Shown in pieces: positions 38,170-50,319 of a stretch of DNA of 64,000 bases. Source of the DNA: Vicugna vicugna (Eukaryota); contig MU058667.1 of NCBI GenBank assembly GCA_013265495.1, forward strand, positions 372,001 through 436,000, in the 5' to 3' direction. Both the position numbers and the translations under genes were made by a program. How positions within the stretch are numbered: position 1 is the stretch's first letter; every line of letters starts with the position of its first letter. The notes under the pieces were generated by a model that worked only from the letters and a program-made list of their open reading frames with translations, made no database searches and was not told the origin of the DNA.

Positions 38170-38665
38170 TGCTTTTAATTTCATTTTAACATTGTTTTAT
38201 AATTTTATAAAACTTCTACATGGTTTGAAATCCAAATTATGAAACAAGGAATATATAGAAAAGTTTATCTTCTAATTCTGTTCCTGACCTGTTCCCTTCT
38301 CCCCATTTTATTTATTTTATAATTTATTCTTCTACTTTTTTAAAATATAAAAATATATACACTCAATCCTCTTTACTCACAGATTTCACATTTGCAAATT
38401 TCAGGGATAAATCCATATGTAATTTTGCTAGACATTGCCAAATTCCCTTACCTACGAGTCGTATTATTTTGTTCTCCCACCAGCAGAAAAGCACCCGTTC
38501 CTCCATAACCTTGATCCTGGAGCTTTCTCATCAAACTTTTGAAAGTTTGCCAATCGACAGGTGAGAAAGAAAATCTCAGAAATCTCGGTTTAGTTTTAAT
38601 TTGCATTTGCCTTATGATCTTATGTGTGAGGTTGAGTGTCTTCATATATTTAAAGTCCACTTGCT
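38170..38665 (-). mobile_element. Old L1 (L1ME/MD-like) fragments
   Basis: ttttgctagacattgccaaatt...ttctcccaccagcag...gttttaatttgcattt. Confidence 0.65.
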
Positions 38666-39344
38666 TTTGTTGTCGCTGTTGTTGTCCGTATCTCTAGCAC
38701 TGGGGGTGTATTTCAGGGATACAGGGGGAAGCTAGAAAGACTGCACAACCAGGACTATGGAGACCTGGAACATTGTTACCACATATAATTCAGCAACATC
38801 ATGAGTCTGTCAGACAGCAATGTCTTCTGAACTCATGACACAGCAACTCCATCTCAACTCCCAACTCTTTCTCTTTCATTCCTGACCCATTTCCCTTTCT
38901 CTTCTCCCATTTTTGCTTCTAGCTTACTCATGGCTTTTACTTACTCATGAGTCACACTACCACATGGCTTTTGCCTTTTCTCTTTGCCTCTCTCTGCTTC
39001 TGCCAAGTCTACTCTCTGCTCACTTTTTCTGCACATCGGCCATGAAAATTCCCCAAGAGTTGACTTAGTAGATTGGATTAGCCAATAACCATTAAGTATC
39101 AAGTATCTTTGTTGAGCTAAGCTTTTGAACCAGGCTGCTGGCCAATCTATATACATAGTTATCTTTGGGTCAGGTGTTCATCCTCAGTTCAGGAGGTCAG
39201 GCTTAGAGCCTGAGGTTGTAGGACACAAAGCATGGAAACCTAGGGGTAAGGATGTTCTCAGAAGAAAGATGTGTGCAAGGTTTCTCATGGGTTTGCTTGG
39301 ATATCCATAAGAAACTGTAAGAAGAAGAGTATTACAGAAGTAAC

Positions 39345-39450
39345 ATGTTCATTTTACAGATGAGGAAATTGAGACTTAAGAGACATTGAGTAACTTTCCC
39401 AAAGTCACATGGCTTGCTGGAATCAAACCCTTGTGTTTCAGAGCCAAGAT
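39345..39450 (-). mobile_element. MIR SINE
   Basis: cattttacagatgaggaaattgagactt...agtaactttcccaaagtcaca. Confidence 0.8.
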
Positions 39451-42049
39451 TCAATCCTAGGAGTTGAGTACAGAACATTTTGTTCCATTGTACTGACTCT
39501 TGCATGGACTCCACTGGTGTTTTGATTTTGTTTTAACCTTGAGTGTATTTAACTCCACATTAAAAAAATGTATTATATACTAGGATAATGCCTTAGTGAT
39601 AAATGTCTATTGAAAAAATATTGTTCTTTTGGAGAACACTGCAGTAATCCAATTTATTTCCTTGATTAATTTTTTATACCCTGCAGTTTAACCAGTTCTA
39701 GTTTTATTTTACCAATGTTGATATGGATTAAATCTTTCTGTGTTTATTTTATAATAAACTTTGATGTAGCCATTAGTTTTTGTTACTGTCATTTGTTTTG
39801 CTACTGAAAAATTTTATTGATTATAGTTTCTTTTCACCTTTTTCCCTCTTTGGCCTTTATACTTATGACATTCAACTTTCCCAGATAAAATCTTTTTAGA
39901 TGTGAAATTCACAAGATTTAATTCTTTTGCTAGTTTTACTGAGTGTGGTTTTTAGCTTTTGACAGTATTAATTTTTTATAGTTGTTGATTATTTTTTTAA
40001 AACAGATTTTTTTCCTCAGGTCATTTTTTTTTTTCTTTTTGCACTTTACAGTATGCCCAATAATGCATGATTCTTCAGTTAGTTTTTGCCTATAACAAAT
40101 TTTAGCCTGTAAAGTTTTCATGGTTGTCAGTTTCATTGCTGTATTTTCTGGTAATTCTATCAGTAATCCTTATTATGAATTGCAGATAAAAGTTCTGAAA
40201 ATTTGTATTGCTTTCTTGAGGTAGAGCAAAGGATACCTAAAGGACAAAGGCGTAAAATTATTATATGTAGCCAGGAGTTTGGATTCTATAGACAGTGCCC
40301 TTTCTTTTTAACCTCAGATACCTCCCCGATACCTGGTATTTTTTCTTTCTTTCAGGAGGGTTTGGGGCTATCAGGCCTCGGACCAGGCCTTTTGCCCTGC
40401 AAGGAGGAGCGATCACTCTGAATTTGTGCGCTTAAGGGTTGGAAATAAACATGTAAATAAAACAGCTCCCCAGGCCCTACTTACGTCTGACAGGGGGACA
40501 AGCTGTTCCTTTCTCAGCCTTGGCACCCAAAGTCTCCAGGCTGCATTGGGGCTGTGACTGGGACCGGACCTTTCATCCTCCTCTGGGTCCGTCCAAGTTC
40601 CCCCAGGCCTGGAAGGCCTCCCAGGCTTGTCTCCAGTTCCCCTACAGAGCAAGCCTCCCTGTAGGCCTTGTTGTCTGACCTGCAGGGGCCACATGTCAAT
40701 GAAAGCACTTGGAAGTCACAGTCCGTTGTCTCCCTAATGCCTCTAATGTCAACCCTCCAAGCTATTGCATTCAGTTCAATCCAGGCCATGGTTGTTACAG
40801 CCAGGATGTCCACCGGGATTTTTAATATTAATAAGACTATAGAAACATGGCTGAGAACTAGACAAAACAAAAAACAACCTTAAACTTGCAGTCAATTTTT
40901 TTTAAGAACCGAGCATCAAATTCCACGATGCTACCCTTGGTGTTCTCTGGAGATAAGGTGTTCCATGACCCTGCCCTTAACTGACCCGCCCTGCCTGTAT
41001 GTTTACTGGGTTCTACTCAGCAGGAGGCCAACGTATAACACTCCTACTGATGTCCCACGTGATCAGCCTGAGGGACTCATGGATGGTCAACATTTATTGT
41101 AAAACAAAGCATTTTTCTCCTTCCCGTTATGTATGGAAACATGGTATTTAATGTGTTGATTATGAAAAAAATCAACAGAAATCTGTTGGCTGGGACTTTC
41201 ACAGCCTGCTTTCTGAAACTTTTGATTTCTTTCCAAACTACTTCTGATCTCAGCCCAAACTCTCTTGCTCTGTATCTGGACTTAGTCCTTAGCACTCCCT
41301 CTGATACTGATGTTGGCCTTACCCTTAGCAACCACTCGGATTATCCCACTGGGTTGTGGGTGTGGGACAGTTTCTGGTAAAGGCCTCTCATACTTCTGTC
41401 TGGCTCCTGGAACCCTCTGAGGTCTTGCCTCAGACTTTAAATGGGAACCAGAGAGGATGAGAGGGCTATTTACCACTTAGCTATCTCTCCACTTTCCACT
41501 AAGGGTTTTTGTGGACCTTAGTGTATACACACGTGACCAGGTGTGTATTTTTCTGAATTCCGCAGCTTCCTGGAGAACTGGAGATGGGCTCTGGGGCAGA
41601 CCTAGCTTTACAGCTAGTCTCTGTGATACTGAGCAAGTTACTCTGAGTTTCTATTCTTTCATCCTTAAAAAAAGAAAATTGTTCATGTGGATAAAAACAA
41701 ATGCAGGTGTTAAGTGCCTGGCAAGCAGTAGGTGCTCAGGAAGAATTTGCTAGCCTGTGCTCCCGGAATGCATTCGATGTGACTCATCTTTACTTCCCAC
41801 AGGCATACATGATTCCGGGATTGTTTTGAGCCTGGCATAGTGATGCTGGGGCTGACTGTGCATTGACTTCTATCCAGATCAGGTCCTGAAGGGAGATGGG
41901 TGTGCACTATAAGCCACGTGGACTCCCTCTTTAGAAATGTGAGCGAGTCCTCTAGGTTTTTAAAATGTTCTAACTTAACTTTCTTTCTGCCTCTGAAAGA
42001 GAAAGGTGTTGGGGTTTGTCTAATGCATTCAGGCTCTCTGAGGGCAGAG

Positions 42050-42170
42050 ACAACACCATGAAGAAGGAAAAGCACTGGCTTTGTGTCCTGGCTCTGTCAC
42101 TTTCTAACAGTGTGACCCTGGGTAAGGGTTAGACCTCTTTTGCTTTCTCACCTGCAAAATGGGTATAAAT
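42050..42170 (+). mobile_element. MIR SINE
   Basis: tcctggctctgtcactttctaacagtgtgaccctgggtaag...ctcacctgcaaaatggg. Confidence 0.75.
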
Positions 42171-43080
42171 CAGGAGAAGTTCCAGGTTCTGTGTGGGCTA
42201 AAACTTGTACAACTTGGGGGTCCTGTTTAAGAAAAAGAACACAAAATCGTGAATACAAAATTAGTTATAGAATTTACATTTAGAATGAGAAAAGAAATCA
42301 CCATAAATTACAAGTTAAAAAAACAAAAAAATACCATAAGCATCATACAATTTAGAAAACTAACATATATCATTATTTAACTACATGGCATAACTCAATA
42401 ATATATTTTTCTTACTTTTTGGCTAATTACTGTCTGATTATCTTCCTACAGAACACTGATTTTGTAATATCCTTGTCTATAGGGAGAACAGGAAGATGCT
42501 GTACTCTTTCCTCTTGCATCATGATTAAAATTACCAAGAGTACTGAGAGGTTTTTTTTAGCTCTACTAATATGGTATAAATTTTTAGAATTGTCAGTCTG
42601 GGAGAACTGTCAAGTTTAAAAAAAAGTGTATATAAGTTTTATTCAAGTGTTCTCATATAGCACTTGTATTAAATGCTCTGTGAAATGGCATATTCTTTCA
42701 TCAGTTTGTCATTGTCAGTGTGTCAACCAGTAAAAAATGTTTCAATGCACTCATATGATTCCCTCCTCTTCATTAATTAGATTATCAAATAATCCAAGAA
42801 CTTATTTATTATTTCTATTTGGAATTTCTCTCTTCCTTTTCAGGATTAACTACATTCGTTTGTGATCTCAGTTTTGTTTTTTGTTACAATTGCATCTCAG
42901 TGTTAGAGCAATTTCTGTTGATTTCATCATTCATGTATTCTATGAATTTGAATCCCTTAATTTTTTAACAATTGGTGATCTGCTTTGGTCCTACAACCTC
43001 AGAGAGTTATTGGAGAGACTTGTATCAGGTCAAGAGGCTTTGTGAATGTGACAAAATGTTTATGTCCTTATAAATTCATA
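42171..43080. mobile_element. hAT-Tip100 DNA transposon remnant (Zaphod/MER115-like)
   Basis: ccaggttctgtgtgggctaaaacttgtacaacttgggggtcctgtttaagaaaaagaacacaaaat terminus followed by an AT-rich body. Confidence 0.65.
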
Positions 43081-44999
43081 GGATGTTCTCCTCTCCCCAC
43101 TACTCCTACCACACCCCCTTGCTCCCCTGGCAAGTGCTGGCCCCCCACAGTGAGTTCCCAGTGAAGACGTATGGGTTGACTTACTGGTTCCCTTTCTAAA
43201 AACTAGGAGGAGAGAAGAGGATGGAAGTGGAGTATTAATTCTTATTTGTCACTGTCAACTTGCATCATGTTTTTCTTCTACAACAAACAGGATGAAGTGT
43301 GACACTTAAAACTTTCTTTAAAATTTAGCTTTTAGAAAAAATAATCCCAGAATTTTCTTATTTCTGATGAAGATTCTTTGATCAGGGCTTCGAAAGTTGA
43401 CCCTGATTCAGCAGCCTGGGTCATGGGCATCAAATGGAAGTTACTACTGCCTCCCCTGCCCCCACCCCATTCACTCATCCTGGAAATGTGTCCCTGATAG
43501 AGCAGGGCTGGCCAGGTGTGGTTCACCCCACCTTTTATCTATTATCTCCTCCTAACAAGGCTCCTGTTCCCTGAAATCTCAAGTACACCTGAAGGTCAGG
43601 TTTTCTGCACAGCCTACATACTTCTGGAGCTTGGACTGAAAATGCCAAGTGTAAAGCAATCTAGCTTTAAAGGAGTATTTTTCTATTTTCAAAGTCACCC
43701 CTCAGGGATAATTTTATAGGGAAAAAAACCATGAGGGAATTCGTTTCATTTGGTCATCCTTTTTAAATGAGAAAAGGAACAGGTGTACCCTTAAAAATAT
43801 GCTGGTGGCATTTCCAGTTGCTTCTCTAAGTGCAGTTAATTGAACCCTGGTAGTTCCAGTGGGCTGTCTGTGTACCTCCTCCTGAAAGTCTTCCTGGATT
43901 TTCTCAGCAGAGTTGGGAGCTTGCTCCTTCCTCCCCCGACACTACAATACTATATGTTCAATTCCATTATAGGACCCATCATGTTAGTATTATTAACCTA
44001 CTTACGTGTTTCCTGTACCAAATGCCACCTCTCTGAGGGCAGGAACTATGGTTTTTATCATCTCTCAGGCTTCACTAAAATCTCCCACCTGGACTTGCCC
44101 TGTTGTGGGTTCCTGGCACTGACCTGAACACAGCTGAGCTATGGGTGTCCTCTGCACTCTGTCCTGGGGCCTCTGCTGTTCCCAACTAGGTCATCCCTGC
44201 TGCAGGCACAATCTCTCCAGCCACCTCCCCTCCCCAAATCTAAGCCCAGGCCTGCTGATTCCTTTTGGTCTGGATGGCAGTGGTCCTGACATGTTGGATG
44301 GAAAACTCGGCAGGGAGGGTGGGCCCCGCCTACAGCAGAGAAGGCAGAGGAGCCGGTTTCCTTGTGAGTTCAGGCTTTTTGGTGCTGGCTGCCCCAGGAG
44401 AGTGGGCCTGCCTGCCAGGATGTCCCTGGAGGGAGTGCTCTTGTTTATTGCCCAACAGTCATCATGTTTGGGTTTGACTTGCGGTTAAGGAAGCCTGCCT
44501 CTCAGCAGGCCTCACTCAGGCCCAACAGTCAGGTTGTCCAGGGAGAAGATCCCCAGGACGCTGGCTGTGGGCTGCTCTTGGTCACCCTGACTCCAGAAAG
44601 GAACGGCATCAAGCCAGGAGGATGATGAATGGCTCTTGAATGCATGGGAAATTGGGTTTTGTGAAAAGTCATTTATTATCGCCACCCCCCTCTGTCCCCA
44701 CAGCCACAAATAAATAAATAAAAACCACTCAATACTTCAGCAAATCGAAGAAACAGCAAAAAACCCAAATGAGATGAAAAGATACCGGCCCATGTGTGCA
44801 CTTCCTCCCCAGGAGAAGTGCTGAGGGGACAGGTGAGTGCTGATTTGTGATGAGCTGCGGCGCTCTGAAGCTGTTCAGGTAGTGAGGGGTGGTGTCTCGA
44901 AGTGTCCCAGCCACTGCCATCCCTGGAGATAGACTTCCACACCCTCAGACCTCTGGGTGTGTCCCCACTGTAATCCTGTGGGCCAGGCCACCCCTATCC

Positions 45000-45432
45000 A
45001 CCTCCCAGACCCGGGCATTGCCCTCTCATGGGTCTCTCACTCCCACTGATGATGCCAAACCCATCACCCATGTGGCAGCCAGAGCAACCTTTTAAAAAAC
45101 AGAAACTAGATCACATCACACTCAACCACATATTCTGCTCCTTGTTGGCGCAGTCTCTTCCCCACCCGAGAGCCCTTTGCCCTTGTTTTTCCCCCCAACC
45201 CCTTCACTGGACAGACTCCAGTGAGTGCCCTCTGCTTTTTCTTCATGGTATGTATTACAATTGGTAATCATATATTCACTTGTTTACTGTTTTCTTCTCC
45301 AACCAGACTGTAAGCCCCATGAAGGCAGGGGGCGATGTCTGCTTGGTTAATTGTTGTACATCTAGTGTCTGGTACCATGCCTAGAGCCATGCCTAGAAAA
45401 CAATAGATGCTCATCAAATATTTATTAAATAG
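45000..45432 (+). mobile_element. L2 3' region
   Basis: agactgtaagccccatgaaggcaggg...tagatgctcatcaaatatttattaaat. Confidence 0.75.
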
Positions 45433-45713
45433 AAGAATCTGCAACAACAAGCCCACTTATGTTGTTATATTGTTATGTTAACATAGAGCCTATGTGCCAG
45501 GAGTTTAAGAGTTAGGAGAACGCCCTGATACACAGCTATTTTTATCTGCCAATTTACAGAAGGACCACGGGCTGGGACTAAGATTTAAGTCCTATTCACT
45601 TTAGAGTTTAGATATAAAGAAACATGCTTGATAGACAAGAGTATATTCCATGGAGGCCAAGTTAGAAGAAGGAATAACAGGATTCCTGAGGGAAAAAAAA
45701 AATCACCAAAAGA

Positions 45714-45935
45714 CAGTTTCTCAACGCCAGCACTACTGACATTTTGGATGGGTAATACTTTGATGTGGGTTTTTTTTTTTTAATGCATTATAGGATGTTC
45801 TGCAGCATCCCTGGCCTCTTCTCACTCCATTAGCAGCCCTTACTCCCAGTTGTGAAACCAAAAATGTCCCTAGATGTGGCCAAATGTACCCTGGCGAGGG
45901 GATGTAAAATTGTCCCCAGGTGAGGACAAGTGCCC
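45714..45935 (+). mobile_element. MER20 hAT-Charlie MITE
   Basis: gtttctcaac...cactactgacattttgga...gttgtgaaaccaaaaatgtccctagatgtggccaaatgt. Confidence 0.85.
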
Positions 45936-46979
45936 TAAGAGAAGAAATGACATAGTGAACAGATCCCAAGGAAGGCCTGAATGTCAGAAAGAAGAACCAG
46001 TTCTGGGAGCATGGAGGTAGCTACTGTCGGCACTTATCCCATTCACTCTGCTGGCCTGTATAAATCCTGGAAGGGAGGCATTGGGTCACTAATGACTACA
46101 GTGTTTTGGGCTCAACGATTCTTGCTGTGGGAACCCTCCCTGCTATCTGCTCAAAACACTGAAAAAGCTATTTCCTCCTGGCTTCAAGCCCTCCAGGGGC
46201 TTGTCTCATATCAGCAGTGGCATTCAGGACATAGATTCAGAGCTGGCACAGATCCTCTGTTGAACTATCATGATCTGGCCACTGCTGGCTGCTGCACGGA
46301 GTGACCAACCTCACTGCTTCTCAGATAAGAGTGTAAAGCATTACTCAGAATTCCCCTCAAATATGTGGGAGGTAGGATTTTGGAAAAATGTGGACCTCCT
46401 GAAGTCAAACTGGCAGCAGAACCTACCCACCATCAGGAGTTTGTGATAAAGTCAGTAAGATTATGATTAACTCACAGGCTGGTGAAGCTGAAGATGCTAT
46501 TTGCTGCTAACTTTTCAACTTACAAAGCCTTGGTTTAATTTGCTACTCTTCACAAAAACTCTACAAAGAGGCACCAGTATCATTATTAGTCCCTCTTTTG
46601 TAGATAAACCAACAACCCAGGGCACCACTATGTGGACTAGGACAAGGTCCCTGAGCTCCAACACAAACCATGATTGCTCCTTTCAATGAAATCCTTTATC
46701 ATCTTCTGCCAAGTTACAGGGATAGTTTTATTCATTCAGCTAAGGTTGGCCAGCTGAAGCAGAGGCTGACTTTTGCTCTGTCTCTCCAATTAATAAACTG
46801 AGCAAAGGAAGAAAATGTATCTATGTGTTTGTAAATTATTACATTTTCTGTATCTAGTTACTTGTGTATGTCATTAGGAAATATTTGTTAACGAAACAAA
46901 TAAATGAATGACTAAATATCATGAATTTATGTACTGAGCTGCTATCAGTCCATCCTGGTAGTGGGTTGTGGCCATAGTG

Positions 46980-47075
46980 TAGGGTGACCAGCTGTCCTGG
47001 TCTTTGCTCAGGACTGAAGAATTTCCTGGGACTTGGGACTTTCAGTACTTGCTGTGGGATGAGTTGCTCACTCAA
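46980..47075. mobile_element. hAT-Blackjack MITE (MER81/MER94-like)
   Basis: tagggtgaccagctgtcctggt start; gatgagttgctcactc degenerate inverted end. Confidence 0.65.
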
Positions 47076-47124
47076 CCATAACAACTCTTCTAATGTGGAT
47101 GTCCAACTCTCCCAGCTTGCAGAT

Positions 47125-47785
47125 GCATTAGTTCAACAAACGTGCTGAAGTTTTTCTTCGTGCCAAGCAGTGATCTAGAGATTAGAGACAGGATGGATAG
47201 CATCTAGTCTGCCCTTGAACACTTTTAAATGTTAATTAAGCACCTACCATCTGTTTAGCTTTATGTTGGGGCTGATGCTATGAAAATGAGAGATATGACG
47301 CTTGTCATGAAGATGCTCAGAGTTCTGGGACACACAATGATTTCTCAGCAAGATAATAAGAGCTATGATAACAGTGGGTACAAGGTATGTAAGATGAGGG
47401 TCCCAAAGTTCAACCAAGGAGTGGTCAGGGAAGACTTTCAAGAGGAATGATGTTCAAGGTTAGATAGGTTAAACAGAGACTTGCCAAGTAAAGAAGGAAA
47501 ATAATGTGGTAAGAGAGGACATGGTCTATCTGGAGGGGTAGATGTAGGACAGAGGGTACCTACAGGGAGACCCCAGGGGCTGAGCTTGAGGGGCCACTGG
47601 CTACTGATGGGCACATCTGGTGAGAGTGAGTGGCCTGTTCTGCTGGTGTCGGGGCAAGGAATGGACAGGAGCAAAGGTTAAAAATGGAGGTCACAGCTAG
47701 GCCATGGTGGCCATGAATGTTGGGCCAAGGAGTGTGGACTTCATTCCACTGGAAATGGGGCTCTCTGTGGAAGGATTTCAGCAGA
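47125..47785 (-). mobile_element. L2 3' region
   Basis: ttcaacaaacgtgctg...gtgccaagca; gtcagggaagacttt; aaggagtgtggactt...gaaggatttcagcag. Confidence 0.6.
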
Positions 47786-49139
47786 GACAGACTCAGAATT
47801 TATTTCTGCCTACTTTGCCCTCCTCCCTCCCACGCCCTTGACCAAGCTCTCCACAGCCGACCTTCACAGCGTCCTCGTCCTCATCAGTCAGTCACTGCTG
47901 TGCCTTTTGCCTTCTCCCTCTTCTTGTTCCTCCACTCCCCACCTTCCCTCCAGTGGGCGCTCTTCCAGGTGTCAAAGCTCCTGAGAAGTTTTGGTAGAAC
48001 AAAAACTTGGGAGTTCTGAGAGTGCAAAATCACCTCAGAGAGTGAACTGTTCAGGCTGAAAAAGGAGTAGAGAGACCCTGGGAGTAAAAAAAGTTGCAGC
48101 CAATGCTCTGAGCCTGTCAGCCTGCAGACTCACTTCCCCAGAGAAAGGGGATGAACTGGCGCGGGCTCCTCAAAGAGCATCAAGCAGGGGCCAGGAGCCA
48201 GGAGGCCTGCATGGCTCTCCTACCTGTGGGCCCGTGCCTCAGTTTCCCTTCTGAAAAGAATTTTTCAAAATCCAATGGTCTTAGTAGTAGCTTAACTTTG
48301 CTGGTGAAGTAAAGCATTCGTTCACACACTCATTCCAGATTTATTGTTCACCTCCATTGTGGTCAGTTTTGAGGATACAAAACATGAAAAGCCACATACA
48401 TGCCTGTTCTCAACGGTAAGACAGACCATTGTGATTGTACGTAAATGGTGAAGCGGCCTCAGTCTGCTCTTTCTCCCATGCAAGGTACTTGGGTCCAAAT
48501 TGCTTTCAATATACTTTAGTCCTTACAGGAAAAGCCTTCTTTAAACTCAGTGGAAACTGGCCTATGTGCCTACACCGTTCCATCAGCCTGGAATGGTCTG
48601 TCCCAATGGTTTGCCCAAGACCTGTGTCGATTTCAAGTCTCAGCCCAAGAGCTGTGACAAACCTTGTGAAGCTTCCTTGTATGAGCAAGGCAAGCTTGAG
48701 GGCTCCTTCCACTCCATGCCCATGGCATGGGGTCCTTCATTTCAGCATTTTCTCATCAGGTAATAGTAACACTGACATGTCTGCTGTGAGCTCTGGAGGG
48801 GGAGGTGCCTTTCCTCGAGTCTTCAGCTCCCAGCAGAGGACCTGGCACATAGCATGTGCTCATTAAATTCACAACTGAATGGAAATGAATAAAGGGGCTG
48901 GGCCCATTTGCTTGGGCAGATGTACACCTCACGTTCCATGTCACTAGTCAAGTCCCCAAACCTGGTGGGCAGGGAGGTAAGGCGTGCACACATCTGCAAA
49001 TAGCTGTGTTGAGTCTTTAGGGAGAAAGTACAGAAAGGTAGATGCAAACTAGATCCAAGTACCAAGAACCACAGAGTCTATGGGAGAGTTTCCAGTTAAT
49101 CCCATTGAGAATTTAAGAAGGGGTGTTTAAAGTCGGACA

Positions 49140-49156
49140 GTGACACCTAGTGGTGG
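49140..49156 (-). promoter_or_regulatory. Candidate CTCF site
   Basis: Minus strand ccaccactaggtgtcac, one mismatch to CCACTAGGTGGCAC. Confidence 0.4.
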
Positions 49157-50319
49157 AAGAACGATCATACAGATTCAGGAGGAATGTTGCCTAAAGCTCC
49201 CAGAGGAGCTATCCCAGCTGAGTTGTCTTCAGTGGCCTCCTGGCTGCCTGGTGCGGAGTTCAGGCTGGTGGAAAGTCTCTGTGGCTCCCCTGACTCCAGC
49301 TTTCCGCAATTTCTGCTTTTCTGATGCACATGTATATTTCTCTTTCAGCCAAGGTGTCTGTCTGCTTGTGTTTCTGGTTGGCTTCTCCCTGAGACACATA
49401 TTCTCTCATCATTCCCCAGCTCCTCTTCCCCTACAGGCTGTCCCAGGCTCCATGGTAGGGACAAGCAGGGAGTAGGTATCTCCTGTTTCAAGCAAAACTT
49501 GCCACTGCAAGCACAGAATGGAAAACAGTTTGCTCTAAACTTGCTAAAAAGTGCATGTGGAAAGCTGTCATATCAAGGCAGTCTAGGGAAATGCTCTTGC
49601 TGCTTCTCTAGAGTCCTCCACTTTGGTCAATGTTTGGTTATTCCTTCTTGCAGTGGATAGAATTCTTACTTTATTTAGTGACTTTTTTCTAATATACAGG
49701 AAAGTGTAGGCATTTTATGACATGAAGGTACACAGAAAGTGACCACATGCAAAAATGCCTTGTTCGTCATTCTGTTTAGGAAACACTTGCACTGTGCTAA
49801 ATACTTCATGTGCACTTTATCATTAAACATGTCCACTCAGAGGTAGATAATTTTATTACCCCAATTTGCAGTTAAGAAAACCTAGGCTCAGCTATTTGCC
49901 GAAAATCACACAGCAGGTTGTAAGGTTCTTGGGGGCAGGAACCTTGCGTTATTTCCTGCTATGCCATTTGCCTGGTACATGACAGGGCCAATAATGGTTA
50001 ATGACAATGGTGAAGGTGATGATGACTAACAACAACTTGTGACTAAGACGAGAGGTCTCCCTTAAACCATTTACTCCTTTACTCTGTCCCCAGGAGCAAC
50101 TGTAATAGGGAGGAACAAATCTGACTCTGTATTAGATCTGTTCCTTTGGCTCTAACCCTGTGCTCTATTTTCTGTGCTGCTGGGTCTGTACCTTTTGGAA
50201 AAGAATGTTTTCCTGAAATATACAGGATAGCCTATTTCCAAAGCTCTGACTTTAAAGCATATAGCACTTTCCCATCCATATAAAGATAACAAGTTTCAGA
50301 ATAGAAAATAACCCTTGTC

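Noticed and set aside
40514..40870. 118-aa minus-strand ORF with hydrophobic N-terminus
   Set aside because: No recognisable homology, TTG start and no supporting exon structure; length is within chance
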